From the NCBI GenBank assembly GCA_047601445.1, contig JASGJH010000001.1, positions 8,288,001 to 8,352,000 on the forward strand: a stretch of 64,000 nt of DNA, read 5' to 3'. Below, piece after piece: positions 39,217 to 48,676 of the stretch; the stretch's first letter is position 1; each line of letters begins with the position of its first letter. The notes under the pieces are model-generated. The model ran no database searches. It worked only from the letters and a program-made list of their open reading frames with translations, and had not been told where the DNA came from. The translations under genes and the position numbers were made by a program. This stretch comes from Myxococcales bacterium (GTDB lineage Bacteria > Myxococcota_A > Polyangia > Polyangiales > DASUME01).

Positions 39217-40622
39217 TCAAGCCTCGTCGGCTTCGATCTCCGACTCGCGCGCGTAGCGCTCACCCAGGCCCCACTCCTTGAGGCGGTACTGGATTTTGCG
39301 CCGGCTGATGTCGAGGATTTCGGCGGCGCGGGCGGTGGAGCCGTCCACCGAGTCGAGCGTGCGCATGATGGCCATGCGTTCCAGCTCGGCCAAGGTGATG
39401 CCCGGGATCAACAGAATCCAGACCTCCGCGCTCCTGTCCTGGCTGAGCAGGGGCGGCTCCCGGCAAGAGCTCGGGCGCGATCTCCTCTCCCTCGCACAGG
39501 ACCACGGCGCGCTCGATGGCATTCTCGAGCTCGCGTACGTTGCCGGGCCAGGGGTAGCTGAGCATGGCCTGCAGGGCTTCGTCCGAGAACCTGAGCGTGT
39601 CGCGCGCGTTGTCCTGGGCGAAGCGGCGCAGGAAGTGCTGAGCCAACAGCGGAATGTCGCTGCGTCGCACGCGCAGCGGCGGCACGTCGAGCTGCACCAC
39701 GTTGAGGCGATAGAACAAGTCCTCACGGAACAGGCCAGCTTTGACGCGCTCCTTCAGGTCGCGGTTGGTGGCGGCCACGATGCGCACGTCGACGCTCAGG
39801 GTCTCGTTGCCGCCCACGCGCTCGAACTGTTTCTCCTGCAGAAAACGCAGCAGCTTCACCTGCAAGGCGAAGGGGATCTCGCTGACTTCGTCCAAGAAGA
39901 GCGTGCCCCCGTGGGCTTGCTTGAAGCGGCCCTCGCGGCGGCCCAGCGCCCCGGTGAACGAGCCGCGCTCGTGGCCGAACAACTCGCTCTCGAGCAGGCT
40001 CTCGGCCAGGGAGGCGCAGTTGAGGCGCACGAAGGGCTTGTCCTTGCGCGGAGAGTTCTGGTGGATCGCCGCGGCGATCAGCTCTTTGCCGGTGCCGCTC
40101 TCGCCGTGGATCAACACGGTGGCCTTGCTGGCGGCCACCTGCATGACGGACTTGAAGTAGGCGCTGCATGGCCGGGTGTTCGCCCAGGATGTTGCTGACG
40201 CTGAAGCGCTGCTCGAGGCGGCCACGCAGCTCACTCGCCTCCCGTGAGAGTTGAGCCTTCTCACAGGCGCGGAGCACCAGCGCCGACACGGCCTCCATGT
40301 CGAGGGGCTTGGTCAAATAGTTCTCGGCCCCGCGCTTGATGGCCTGCACTGCGGTATCGATGGTCCCGAATGCGGTCATCACCACGAACGCCGCGTGAGG
40401 CACCAGCGAGCGGCCTTGCTCCAGCAGGGCCAGGCCATCGAGCACCGGCATTTTCAGATCGGTCAGCACCACGTCCGGGTCGAAGCTATCCAGGAGGCGC
40501 AGGGCCTGGGCGCCGTCCGCCGCGACGTCCGTGGTGTAGCCCTCGTCGCGCAGCAACTCGGCCAGTGCGTTGCGCGCGTTTACCTCATCGTCCACGACCA
40601 GAATTCGACCCTTAACCGCCAT
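39217..40622 (-). pseudogene. NtrC-type sigma54-dependent response regulator (NmpR-like) with two frameshifts, probably sequencing errors
   Basis: Receiver (LVVDDE, TDLKMP), [28 protein letters not shown] and C-terminal HTH are spread over three frames; extra A at 40155-40156 and 39415-39416. Confidence 0.9.
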
Positions 40623-40660
40623 GCCCACTCCAGTTTGACCGAAACCAGGCGAGCGACAAA

Positions 40661-40675
40661 GCAGCTAGCGTGCCG
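40661..40675 (-). promoter_or_regulatory. Sigma54 promoter for the NtrC-type regulator
   Basis: Minus-strand CGGCACGCTAGCTGC (GG-N10-GC). Confidence 0.65.
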
Positions 40676-40726
40676 ACGTCTCAGCGCCGAGAGCAAGCGA
40701 AACAGGGCCAAAAGCCGCGCGAACCG

Positions 40727-40771
40727 GCGCAAATCCTGCGCGACTGCCCCAGCGTTGCGCAGGATTTGCGC
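40727..40771. promoter_or_regulatory. Paired perfect GCGCA-N5-TGCGC enhancer sites
   Basis: GCGCAAATCCTGCGC at 40727-40741 and GCGCAGGATTTGCGC at 40757-40771; mutually inverted, 30 bp apart. Confidence 0.8.
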
Positions 40772-40801
40772 CGATTTCGGGCTTCAGGGTGGCCGCGAGT
40801 A

Positions 40802-40816
40802 TGGCCTGTTCCTTGC
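40802..40816 (+). promoter_or_regulatory. Sigma54 promoter for the globin kinase operon
   Basis: TGGCCTGTTCCTTGC (GG-N10-GC). Confidence 0.6.
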
Positions 40817-41056
40817 GAAGGCCTTCGCGCTGTCGTGCGTGTTCGGTACCCGTTCTGGTGGTGACCTTTGATCAAGCATCGTCGTGATTGGCCCCCCGGG
40901 GTGAAGGAGGAATCCGCCAATTTTGGCAGAGCGGCCGCCCGGCCTACACCCAGTGGCCTTTCGCCCGTCGACCAACCTGGCGAATCATGGCCAGTTGACG
41001 CCGCAGGTTGGCTCCGTGAAGCTTTGCCCACAACCGGAGTCACGGCGGGGTACGGG

Positions 41057-42226
41057 GTGCAAGACCAGCGTTTCCTTGAGGAACTCAAAAGCTACGTCGG
41101 CTTTAATGACGAACACGCGCGCGCGCTGGCCGAGGTGGGACCCGCCATGGAGCCCTGCTTCCCGGACGTGGTCGAGCGCTTCTACGACGCCATCCAGCAG
41201 AACCCGCGGGCCATGGAGGTCTTCACGGGCGGCGCGCCCCAGATCGAGCGCCAAAAGAACTTCCTGCGCGCCTGGCTCGTGGGCCTGTTCTCGGGGGTCT
41301 ACGATCTCGAGTACCTCCAGCTGCGCGCGCGCATCGGGCGCACCCACGTCCGCATCCGGCTGGACCAGCGGTACATGTTCACCGCCATGAACCTCGTGCG
41401 CGAGGGGTTGCACTTGGGGCTCGAGGCCGCCCAGTGCTCGAACAAGCAGCTGGCGCACGCCGCCATCGACAAGATCTGCGATATCGAGCTGGCTATCATG
41501 CTGCAAACCTACTCGGAGGACTACGCCACGCGCCTGCGCGACAACGAGCGTCTGGTGGCTCTGGGGCAGCTGGCCGGCTTCATCGGCCACGAGCTGCGCA
41601 ATCCCCTGGCCGTGATGGAGACCTCACTGCATCTCCTGAAGAAGCGGCTGCCCGAGACGGATGAGAACGTATTGCGCCATCTGGGCAAGCTGTCGGAGCA
41701 CCTGACCATCTCCAGCAGCATCATCGCTGCGTTGCTCGAGCTGGCCCGCGATCGGCCCGTGGAGCGCGTGCCGGTGCAGCTCGCGACGATGCTGACCGCG
41801 GTGACCGAGACTTTGCCTGGTATGGACACGGTGCAGCTCAGCATCGAGATCGCGCCGGGGTTGCCGGAAGCGAAGCTCGACGACAAGCAGATGCGTCACC
41901 TGGTGGGCAACCTGGTGACCAACGCCATTCAGGAGCTCGATGGGTTGCCGCCCGAGGCCCCGCGTCGCGTGGTGATCCGTGCGCGGCGCGACAAGGACGT
42001 GCTGCTGCTCAGCGTGGACGACTCCGGCAAGGGCATTCCCGAGGCCATCCGCCATCGCCTGTTCGAACCCCTCGCGACCACCAAGGCCAAGGGCCTCGGG
42101 CTCGGGCTCGCGCTGTGTCGCCGCATCGCCGAGAAGCACCAGGGGCACATTCGCGCGGTCAGGAGCCCTCTGGGTGGCGCGTCGTTCGAGGTCTATTTGC
42201 CGGGGTCGTTCTCGGAGGGCGCATGA
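41057..42226 (+). CDS. Protoglobin (globin-coupled) sensor histidine kinase (NmpU-like)
   Basis: LKSYVGF...VVERFY...RARIGRTHVRI globin domain; GHELRNPL; GLGLGL. Start uncertain. Confidence 0.9.
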   Translation: MQDQRFLEELKSYVGFNDEHARALAEVGPAMEPCFPDVVERFYDAIQQNPRAMEVFTGGAPQIERQKNFLRAWLVGLFSGVYDLEYLQLRARIGRTHVRIRLDQRYMFTAMNLVREGLHLGLEAAQCSNKQLAHAAIDKICDIELAIMLQTYSEDYATRLRDNERLVALGQLAGFIGHELRNPLAVMETSLHLLKKRLPETDENVLRHLGKLSEHLTISSSIIAALLELARDRPVERVPVQLATMLTAVTETLPGMDTVQLSIEIAPGLPEAKLDDKQMRHLVGNLVTNAIQELDGLPPEAPRRVVIRARRDKDVLLLSVDDSGKGIPEAIRHRLFEPLATTKAKGLGLGLALCRRIAEKHQGHIRAVRSPLGGASFEVYLPGSFSEGA

Positions 42227-42618
42227 AACGTTGCGCTGTCATCGTGGATGACAATCGTGCGTTGGCCGAAGATCTCGGGGAGATCCTGCATTCGGAGGGT
42301 TTCGATGTGCGGGTGTTCTTCGATCCGGTGGTGGCCTCACAGACCTGCGATGGGCTGAACTTTCAGCTCGCCTTGCTCGATGTGCGCATGCCCGGGATGG
42401 ACGGAGTGGAGTTGTATCGTGTGCTCTCGCGCAAACATCCCGGTGCCCACTTCATCCTGATGAGCGCCTACGCCGACGACCGTCGCCTCAAGCAGGCGCT
42501 GGACGAGGGCGTGACGCGCATTCTCACCAAACCGCTGTCGGTGCCCGAGCTGGTCAAGCTCGTGCAGAACGTGGTCGACACGGAGGACGTTCCCGTCGGT
42601 TCCGGGGGCTCTACGTGA
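42223..42618 (+). CDS. Single-domain response regulator
   Basis: VIVDDN, LLDVRMPGMDG, LMSAY, TKP; ATGA overlap with the kinase. Confidence 0.92.
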   Translation: MKRCAVIVDDNRALAEDLGEILHSEGFDVRVFFDPVVASQTCDGLNFQLALLDVRMPGMDGVELYRVLSRKHPGAHFILMSAYADDRRLKQALDEGVTRILTKPLSVPELVKLVQNVVDTEDVPVGSGGST

Positions 42619-44111
42619 GCGATCGGGTGTTGGTGGTGGAGGACAACATCGCGCTGGCGGAGAACGTCGCGGAGATGTTGGGGGAGACGGGGGTCGACGT
42701 CGCGCTGGCGCGGGACCCGGCGAGCGCGCTGAGGTTGGCCGAGGAGCGCGGTTTCGAGATCGCCATCGTGGACATCGGACTTGGCGGCAAGGAGAGCGGC
42801 CTCGACCTGATCCCCAAGCTGAGGCGCTCGAGCGCGCACGGCGAGATCTTGCTGATGACGGGCAACGCGTCCCTGCAAAGCGCGATTCAAGCCATTCGTA
42901 GTGGCGTCTACGCCTATGTCACCAAGCCCTTCGAACCCGAGCAATTCACCACCCTGGTGGAGCGCGCGCTTGCCCAGGTGGCGCTCAAGCGCGAGAAGCA
43001 CGGGCTGGCCCAGCGTCTGGCGGCCTCCGAGGCGCTCTATCGTGGCGTGGTCGACGCGGCCGAAGCGTGCATCTTGGGCATCGACGCAGAAGGGGCGATC
43101 CGCTTCGCCAATCCGTTCGCGCTGGAGCGCTTGGCCCAGACCCCCACGGGCTTGTTGGGGCGCGACTTTCTCTCGCTGGCTGCGCCGGAGTCCTTGTCGC
43201 TCGTGCGCAAGGCCATCGCCAGCGCCACGGCGGGAGAGTCGGTGCGCGAGCAGGAGGTGCGACACGGCGGCGGCCCCGTGCGCATCATCCGCTGGACGTT
43301 CACTCCGCTCGCGCGCGGGCACTGGGAGAGCAATGTCGTGGTAGGTGCTGGCGGTGACGGCGCGGTGGTGCTCGCGGTGGGCATCGACCTGACGGATCGG
43401 CTCGAGCTCGAGCGCAAGAACGCGGAAGGCGAAGCGATGGCAGCCATGGGCACACTCGCCACGAGCCTTGCGCACGAGATCCGCAATCCGCTCAATGCGG
43501 CCAAGCTCCAGCTCGAGCTCATGGTGCGGCGGGTGGCCAAGATCAGCGGCGAACACACGGCCCAGCTCACGGCCCCCGTGGAGGTGGTGCGCACCGAACT
43601 CGCGCGCCTCTCCACCTTGCTGGACGAGTTCCTGAGCTTGGCGCGTCCCCGCCAGCTCGTGCGGCGTCCGTGCTCCATCAAGGAGTTGTTCGACGGCGTC
43701 ACGATCCTCACGGCCCCGCTCACGCAGAGCCTCGGGATCGACGTGTCTGCGGAGATCGAAGGCGGAGAGATCGCGTTTCAGGCTGATCCCGACAAGCTCA
43801 AGCAGGTGCTGATCAACCTGGTGGGTAACGCGGTCGAGGCCATGCGTGACCTGCCGCAGCCTCACAAGCGTATCGAGCTGGGCGCGAGTGTGGCCGACTC
43901 GGCCATCGTGATCTCGGTGTCCGACAACGGCCCTGGCGTGTTGCCCGAGATCGCCCGCACGGCGTTCGACGCGTTCGTGACCAGCAAGCCCGCCGGCACC
44001 GGCCTAGGGCTCGCCATCGTGCAGCGCATCGCCTCCCAGCACGGCGGCCGCGCTGAGCTCCTTGCGCGCGCGACGGGCGGCACCGAGGCCCGACTGATCA
44101 TTCCAAGATAG
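42615..44111 (+). CDS. Receiver-PAS-histidine kinase hybrid (NmpS-like)
   Basis: N-terminal receiver, PAS, AHEIRNPL, NLVGNA, GTGLGL. Confidence 0.92.
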   Translation: MSDRVLVVEDNIALAENVAEMLGETGVDVALARDPASALRLAEERGFEIAIVDIGLGGKESGLDLIPKLRRSSAHGEILLMTGNASLQSAIQAIRSGVYAYVTKPFEPEQFTTLVERALAQVALKREKHGLAQRLAASEALYRGVVDAAEACILGIDAEGAIRFANPFALERLAQTPTGLLGRDFLSLAAPESLSLVRKAIASATAGESVREQEVRHGGGPVRIIRWTFTPLARGHWESNVVVGAGGDGAVVLAVGIDLTDRLELERKNAEGEAMAAMGTLATSLAHEIRNPLNAAKLQLELMVRRVAKISGEHTAQLTAPVEVVRTELARLSTLLDEFLSLARPRQLVRRPCSIKELFDGVTILTAPLTQSLGIDVSAEIEGGEIAFQADPDKLKQVLINLVGNAVEAMRDLPQPHKRIELGASVADSAIVISVSDNGPGVLPEIARTAFDAFVTSKPAGTGLGLAIVQRIASQHGGRAELLARATGGTEARLIIPR

Positions 44112-44577
44112 GTCGCGCGGCGTGTCTGCTCTGGCGAGCCTGCATGCGCCCGATGATGTCGGCCTTGGTGGGCGTGAGCAAGCTCTGGTCGGCCAGCGGA
44201 TGCAGTAGCTTCTGATCGCGTACCGCGTGACCATGCAAGAGCGATAGGAACGTCGCGCAGACGTGTGGGTCGAGCTCGCGGAGCGCGATTCGAAACGCGA
44301 GGTTGTCGAGCTGGGCACGGATCTCGTGGTGCTCGGCACGCAGGTGAGTGGCGTCGACGGGGGCACAGAGCTCGAGCAACGGCAACATGAGCTCCTCCTC
44401 CAAGTTCAGGCGTGAGCGCAGCTCCTCGCTGGCGAGCGCCAAGTCGTGGCGCGCATCGGCGCACTCGGGATCGACGGTGAGTAAAGCCAGGAGGCTCTCG
44501 AGGGTATCGGCGAGATCAAGGTTGTCTCTATGTAGTGCCTGTCGGAACTCGGACTGGAGACTCGATGACTCGAACAT
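44098..44577 (-). CDS. Hemerythrin-like (degenerate HHE) protein
   Basis: LEEELMLP, LRAEHHEIR, HGHAVRDQKLLHP; AGGAG RBS. Confidence 0.7.
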   Translation of the reverse strand: MFESSSLQSEFRQALHRDNLDLADTLESLLALLTVDPECADARHDLALASEELRSRLNLEEELMLPLLELCAPVDATHLRAEHHEIRAQLDNLAFRIALRELDPHVCATFLSLLHGHAVRDQKLLHPLADQSLLTPTKADIIGRMQARQSRHAARPILE

Positions 44578-44670
44578 CGGTCCTTCTCCTTGATGGGTAA
44601 GAGGAGGCGGCTTGCAGGCCGACCTCGCGGATTCGTGACTCTGGTGACGCTAGCGGCCAGGTTCGTCGAA

Positions 44671-44685
44671 GCAACAAGCGTACCC
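44671..44685 (-). promoter_or_regulatory. Sigma54 promoter for the hemerythrin-like gene
   Basis: Minus-strand GGGTACGCTTGTTGC (GG-N10-GC). Confidence 0.55.
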
Positions 44686-44726
44686 CCCGTCAGGCTCGTG
44701 CATTCGCGGAGGTAGGCGCTCGACCC

Positions 44727-44771
44727 GCGCACGGATTGCAACCCCGAGCCTTGTCGACGCAAGCTTTGCGC
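44727..44771. promoter_or_regulatory. Paired GCGCA-N5-TGCGC-like enhancer sites
   Basis: GCGCACGGATTGCAA at 44727-44741 and ACGCAAGCTTTGCGC at 44757-44771, 30 bp apart. Confidence 0.65.
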
Positions 44772-44811
44772 GGACAAACGCCTCCTGGGCCGCCTAGGGG
44801 GGGGCTGGGCG

Positions 44812-44826
44812 TGGCATTGGCCTTGC
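44812..44826 (+). promoter_or_regulatory. Sigma54 promoter for the CBS gene
   Basis: TGGCATTGGCCTTGC (GG-N10-GC), 25 bp before the ATG. Confidence 0.7.
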
Positions 44827-44850
44827 GTGTCCGCCTTGAGGAGGCGGTCC

Positions 44851-45600
44851 ATGACAGAACGCGCGAGTCTGAGCAGCCACGCCGTGGCGCACGTGGAGGC
44901 CTTCGAGGGAGCCCAACAATCGGTGACCCGCGAGTTCGTGCAATGCCCTCGCACGGGGCAGAGCGTCCCCACGAAACGCTGTCTGACCTGTCCGGCCGCA
45001 GTCTCGTTTGCGTATGCGGAGAATGGGAGCCTGAAGGGGGTCACCTGCGGAAGCGTCGCGCCCCCGGCGGGACCCGCTCTGGAGCGACCGAACCAGTTCG
45101 TGCCCTTGCGACGTCTCTCGGTGGCGGACCTGATGAGCCGCAACGTCGTCTGCATGCGTCCACATCTCTCGCTCGACGCCGCGATGCAGCTGTTCCTGGA
45201 GACGGGCTTGCGGGCCGCGCCCGTGGTGAACGAACACGGCGCCGTGCTCGGCATGCTGGAGGAGTCCGATCTGCAGCTCGCAGTGCAGGCCCACGCGGGG
45301 CGTCGCGGCGAAGAAGAGGCGGCGATCTGCGTGGGTGACCTGATGATGCCCGTGGCGTTCGCCGTGCACGAGCACACGCCGGCTACGCAGGCGGCGGGCT
45401 TGATGGTGTATGAAGCGGTGCGGCGCGTGCCCGTGGTCTCGCCGGACGGCACGGTGGTAGGCGTGCTGTCGGCGGCGGATCTCCTGTATTGGCTCGCGCG
45501 CTCGGATGGCTACGTGCTGCCTGCGCCTGGACCGAAGCGAGCTCCTCAGGGCTCGGAGCGGCCGCTGCACGCGCCCATCGCGGACTCACGTGGCCCGTGA
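44851..45600 (+). CDS. CBS-domain protein with N-terminal four-Cys module
   Basis: GAGGAGG RBS; CPRTG...RCLTCP...VTC followed by a CBS pair. Confidence 0.85.
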   Translation: MTERASLSSHAVAHVEAFEGAQQSVTREFVQCPRTGQSVPTKRCLTCPAAVSFAYAENGSLKGVTCGSVAPPAGPALERPNQFVPLRRLSVADLMSRNVVCMRPHLSLDAAMQLFLETGLRAAPVVNEHGAVLGMLEESDLQLAVQAHAGRRGEEEAAICVGDLMMPVAFAVHEHTPATQAAGLMVYEAVRRVPVVSPDGTVVGVLSAADLLYWLARSDGYVLPAPGPKRAPQGSERPLHAPIADSRGP

Positions 45601-45697
45601 CTTGCACTGATCGCGTTGACTGGCTCGAAGCCACGGGTCGCACTCGAGCGGCTCGGAGTAGAAGCGCGGATGCGCAGCGGCCAGAGGAGCGAACGCC

Positions 45698-45898
45698 ATG
45701 CAGTCGACTGCCACCACGAATTCACTGATCGACACCGCCCACGCTGCCGGCTCACACGCGCGTGACGCCGCATGCTGTCCGAGCGAACCGAGCGAGCGCG
45801 ACCTGCGCGACTCGGGCCCGTGGCTCGTGTTGAGCGCGCCCGTCTGCCTGGCACTCACCGTGATCGCTCTGATCTTCGCTGCCCGCGCGAGCTTCTAG
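45698..45898 (+). CDS. Small hypothetical membrane protein
   Basis: GAGGAG RBS; C-terminal hydrophobic helix. Confidence 0.5.
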   Translation: MQSTATTNSLIDTAHAAGSHARDAACCPSEPSERDLRDSGPWLVLSAPVCLALTVIALIFAARASF

Positions 45899-46374
45899 CT
45901 CTTGGCGTCCGCGCGCTTGGGACGCGCGATCAAGACGGGACAGGGCGCTTCGCGCGCGAGCCGTGCGGCCACGGACGGACGCAGCATGCGCGCGAACGCA
46001 CCGCGGTCTTGCGTGCCCACGATCAGGAGATCGGCGTCGCGCTCGATGGCGGCCTGCGTGAGTCCCGCGGCGGGCTTGCCGATGACCGCGGAGGCGCTGA
46101 GCTCGAGGGACATGCCCTCGGGCATGTAAGCCGCGCACGCAAGCTGCGCGCGACGACGCAAGAGCAGCGGGGCGTCCGTCATGACCCGCTCGAGCGCCGC
46201 GTCTCGTGATTCCCCTTCGCCGGGGACGACGTCGCGGGGGTCGATCACCAGCACTGCATGGATGCGGGCACCCGGACAGTACTCGGCCAAGTGAAAGGCC
46301 GTGATCAGCGCGTCGTCGGCACGCGGTCCGAAATCCACTCCCACCACGAACACCGCTGACTTGTCCTCGAGCAT
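45895..46374 (-). CDS. Universal stress protein (paralog of 36605..37231)
   Basis: VVGVDF, VIDPRDV, ADLLIVGT, APCPVLIAR. Confidence 0.85.
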   Translation of the reverse strand: MLEDKSAVFVVGVDFGPRADDALITAFHLAEYCPGARIHAVLVIDPRDVVPGEGESRDAALERVMTDAPLLLRRRAQLACAAYMPEGMSLELSASAVIGKPAAGLTQAAIERDADLLIVGTQDRGAFARMLRPSVAARLAREAPCPVLIARPKRADAKS

Positions 46375-46481
46375 AGGGGCGCGCGTCTCCCACTTGGGTG
46401 GGCGTTGTGCCCACCTGCAGGGAGCAAGCACTCCGCATGCCGGCGCAGAGGACCAGGCAAGTGCGCCCAAGGTGACCGCGC

Positions 46482-47558
46482 TCAGTGCACGTCGTCGAGC
46501 CAGCCGCTGCCGGCGTCGGGCTCGGGCTGCGGCTTCGACGGTTGGCAGCCGTCGATGGGACAGGCAGGCGGGCAGCCGTCCGGATCCTGGCAGTAGGGCC
46601 ATGAGGGCGGGCAGTCGCGGGGCGTGACGTTGACGGTGTTCTCTCCCACTTTGCTGGGCGAGGCGTGCACGAAGGAGACGATACCGCGACCGAAGCCCGC
46701 GTCGCCGAACACCGCGCGCTTGACCCAGACGTCATACACCACGCGGAAGTCCCAGGTGCTGGCGTTGGGATTGGGCGTGTAGTCGGCGTCCGTGGCGGGC
46801 GAATCCTCGAGGTAGCTGCCGAACATGCAGGCGTTCAAGTTGCGGTCGAGGGAGCTGCTGGCGGCCACGACGTCTGCGGCGGATCCCACGAGCATCTTGC
46901 CTTCGCCACCCGTGACACCGAGGCATGCGTAACCCGAGGGCGCCGTGTTGGTTTGTGACAGATAGTCCAGCTTGAACTGCATGCGCAGCGCGTTGTTCGC
47001 GTCATAGAGCTGGAACTCGGCGTGGTCGCTGCCGACGAGATCCATGAAGGTGTGGCCCTTGGGACCCTTCGGGGGCTTGGCCATGCCCGGCATCATCATG
47101 GCGCCGCCCGGTGCAGGATTCATGGCTTGCGCGCTGCCCCAGCCGATGGCGTTCGCGCCGTAGGTGTTGTCGACGAAGTCGGGGTTGAAGGTGAGGCGCA
47201 CGTGCACGAGCTCGGTGTCCGCGGCGGCCTCCAGGACCCACTCGATCATCGCGGCGGGCACCGCGGGATCATCGGCGTAGAAGCAGAGCTCCGAAGATTG
47301 CGCGCCCGGGACGGGTCCGGTGGTGCCGCCTGGAGCCGGGCCGGGCTTGTCGCAAGTGACGGTGTCGATCCCTGCCGCAATGGAGTATCCGGCGCTGCCG
47401 GTGCCGGCGCCCGGGAATTGCGGGCCCAGGAACTGCACTTTTCCATGCCCCGACAGGGGCTTTCCCGCGTGGTCGGGATCGGCGTCACCGCAGCCCGCGC
47501 CGACGGCACAGCAGGCGAGTGCGGCGAGCAAACGGTGTTGAATCCTCTGGCTTCCCAT
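46482..47558 (-). CDS. Hypothetical lipoprotein
   Basis: Lipobox GAGC; FVDNTYG, HTFMDLVGSDH, HASPSK. Confidence 0.75.
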   Translation of the reverse strand: MGSQRIQHRLLAALACCAVGAGCGDADPDHAGKPLSGHGKVQFLGPQFPGAGTGSAGYSIAAGIDTVTCDKPGPAPGGTTGPVPGAQSSELCFYADDPAVPAAMIEWVLEAAADTELVHVRLTFNPDFVDNTYGANAIGWGSAQAMNPAPGGAMMMPGMAKPPKGPKGHTFMDLVGSDHAEFQLYDANNALRMQFKLDYLSQTNTAPSGYACLGVTGGEGKMLVGSAADVVAASSSLDRNLNACMFGSYLEDSPATDADYTPNPNASTWDFRVVYDVWVKRAVFGDAGFGRGIVSFVHASPSKVGENTVNVTPRDCPPSWPYCQDPDGCPPACPIDGCQPSKPQPEPDAGSGWLDDVH

Positions 47559-47643
47559 TGCATCCTCCAGCGCTTCACAGGTGCCCAGCGCGGGTCCCGT
47601 GGCATCGAATGAGGACCATGAGTCACCTGGGTGTTCGAAAGTG

Positions 47644-48591
47644 ATGAAGGCTTTCGTCCTGTGGATGACGATTCTTGGTTGGGGCCTGGCGGCGAGCCTT
47701 TCGCGAGCGCAGACCGGGGACTCCGAGCTCGTGTTGCTCGAGGTCTCCGAGGCCGACGCGGAAGACGCGCAGCACCTGGGTGAGCTCCTCGATCGCCCGG
47801 CGCGCGTGGTCCGGCTGCCTGCGACGGAGGCCGACCCGGTGGCCTATGCGCGCGCGTTCAGCGAGAGCGACGTGCTGGTGCTCGATCGCGCTCAGCACCG
47901 AGTCTCGTTGCTGCCGGCGCGATCGGGGCGCGGCGGCGGCGGCGAAATCCTCACGCGCAACACCGACAAGGCCGTCGCTAGCTCTTCCTATGCGGTGTCA
48001 TTCGTGGCGGCGGAGCTGCTGACCATCGTCGCCCACTTACGTGCCGAACGCGCTGCACGCTTCGGCTTCGCGGGGGCCTGGCTTCAAGGCTCGGCCGATG
48101 TCTTCTGGGGCTCCGGCGTGTACGCGGGGATGTGGCGACCGGCCGTGGCGCTTGGTACGCGCTGGTCGCGGCCCGAGGCGCGGCTCGGACTCGCGGTCGA
48201 GCTCGCGGCCGCGTTCGCGGGTCGCGCGCAGGAGCAGGCGGGCTTCGGTGCAGTGGACCTGGTGCGGAACGACCTGGACCTGCGTATGGGTCCCACCTAC
48301 CGCCGCGGACGGGTCACGCTACTCGGCTTGGCCGAGCTCGGACTCGCCCTGCGGCGCGCGGAGTACAGCGGACCCGGGGGCAGCACCGAGCGCGCGGTAG
48401 GGCCTACGCTGGGGGCGCTGGCTCGGGTGCAATGCGGCGTTTTGCCATGGCTTTTCCTGTTCGCGGAGGGCTCGGTCGCGGGCTTGCTCGCGCGCGCGGA
48501 CTTCGCCGTCCAGGGCATGAGCGTGCTACGGGAGAGTGCCTGGTATGGGCGCGCGGGGGTAGGGCTGGGCTTCGCCTTCGAAGCGCGCTGA
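47644..48591 (+). CDS. Hypothetical exported protein with a beta-barrel-like C-terminus
   Basis: Signal peptide; amphipathic strands; lies upstream of the ECF sigma gene. Confidence 0.65.
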   Translation: MKAFVLWMTILGWGLAASLSRAQTGDSELVLLEVSEADAEDAQHLGELLDRPARVVRLPATEADPVAYARAFSESDVLVLDRAQHRVSLLPARSGRGGGGEILTRNTDKAVASSSYAVSFVAAELLTIVAHLRAERAARFGFAGAWLQGSADVFWGSGVYAGMWRPAVALGTRWSRPEARLGLAVELAAAFAGRAQEQAGFGAVDLVRNDLDLRMGPTYRRGRVTLLGLAELGLALRRAEYSGPGGSTERAVGPTLGALARVQCGVLPWLFLFAEGSVAGLLARADFAVQGMSVLRESAWYGRAGVGLGFAFEAR

Positions 48592-48676
48592 GTTTGGCGG
48601 CGGTGTAAGGCCGCGGCCGACGCAGAAAATTTTCGGGCCCTTCATCATTTTCGCCAGCTCGGGTGACTCATCTCAT

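Noticed and set aside
39217..40622. Programmed ribosomal frameshifting
   Set aside because: No slippery heptamers; the same extra-A signature as in arsC points to sequencing error.
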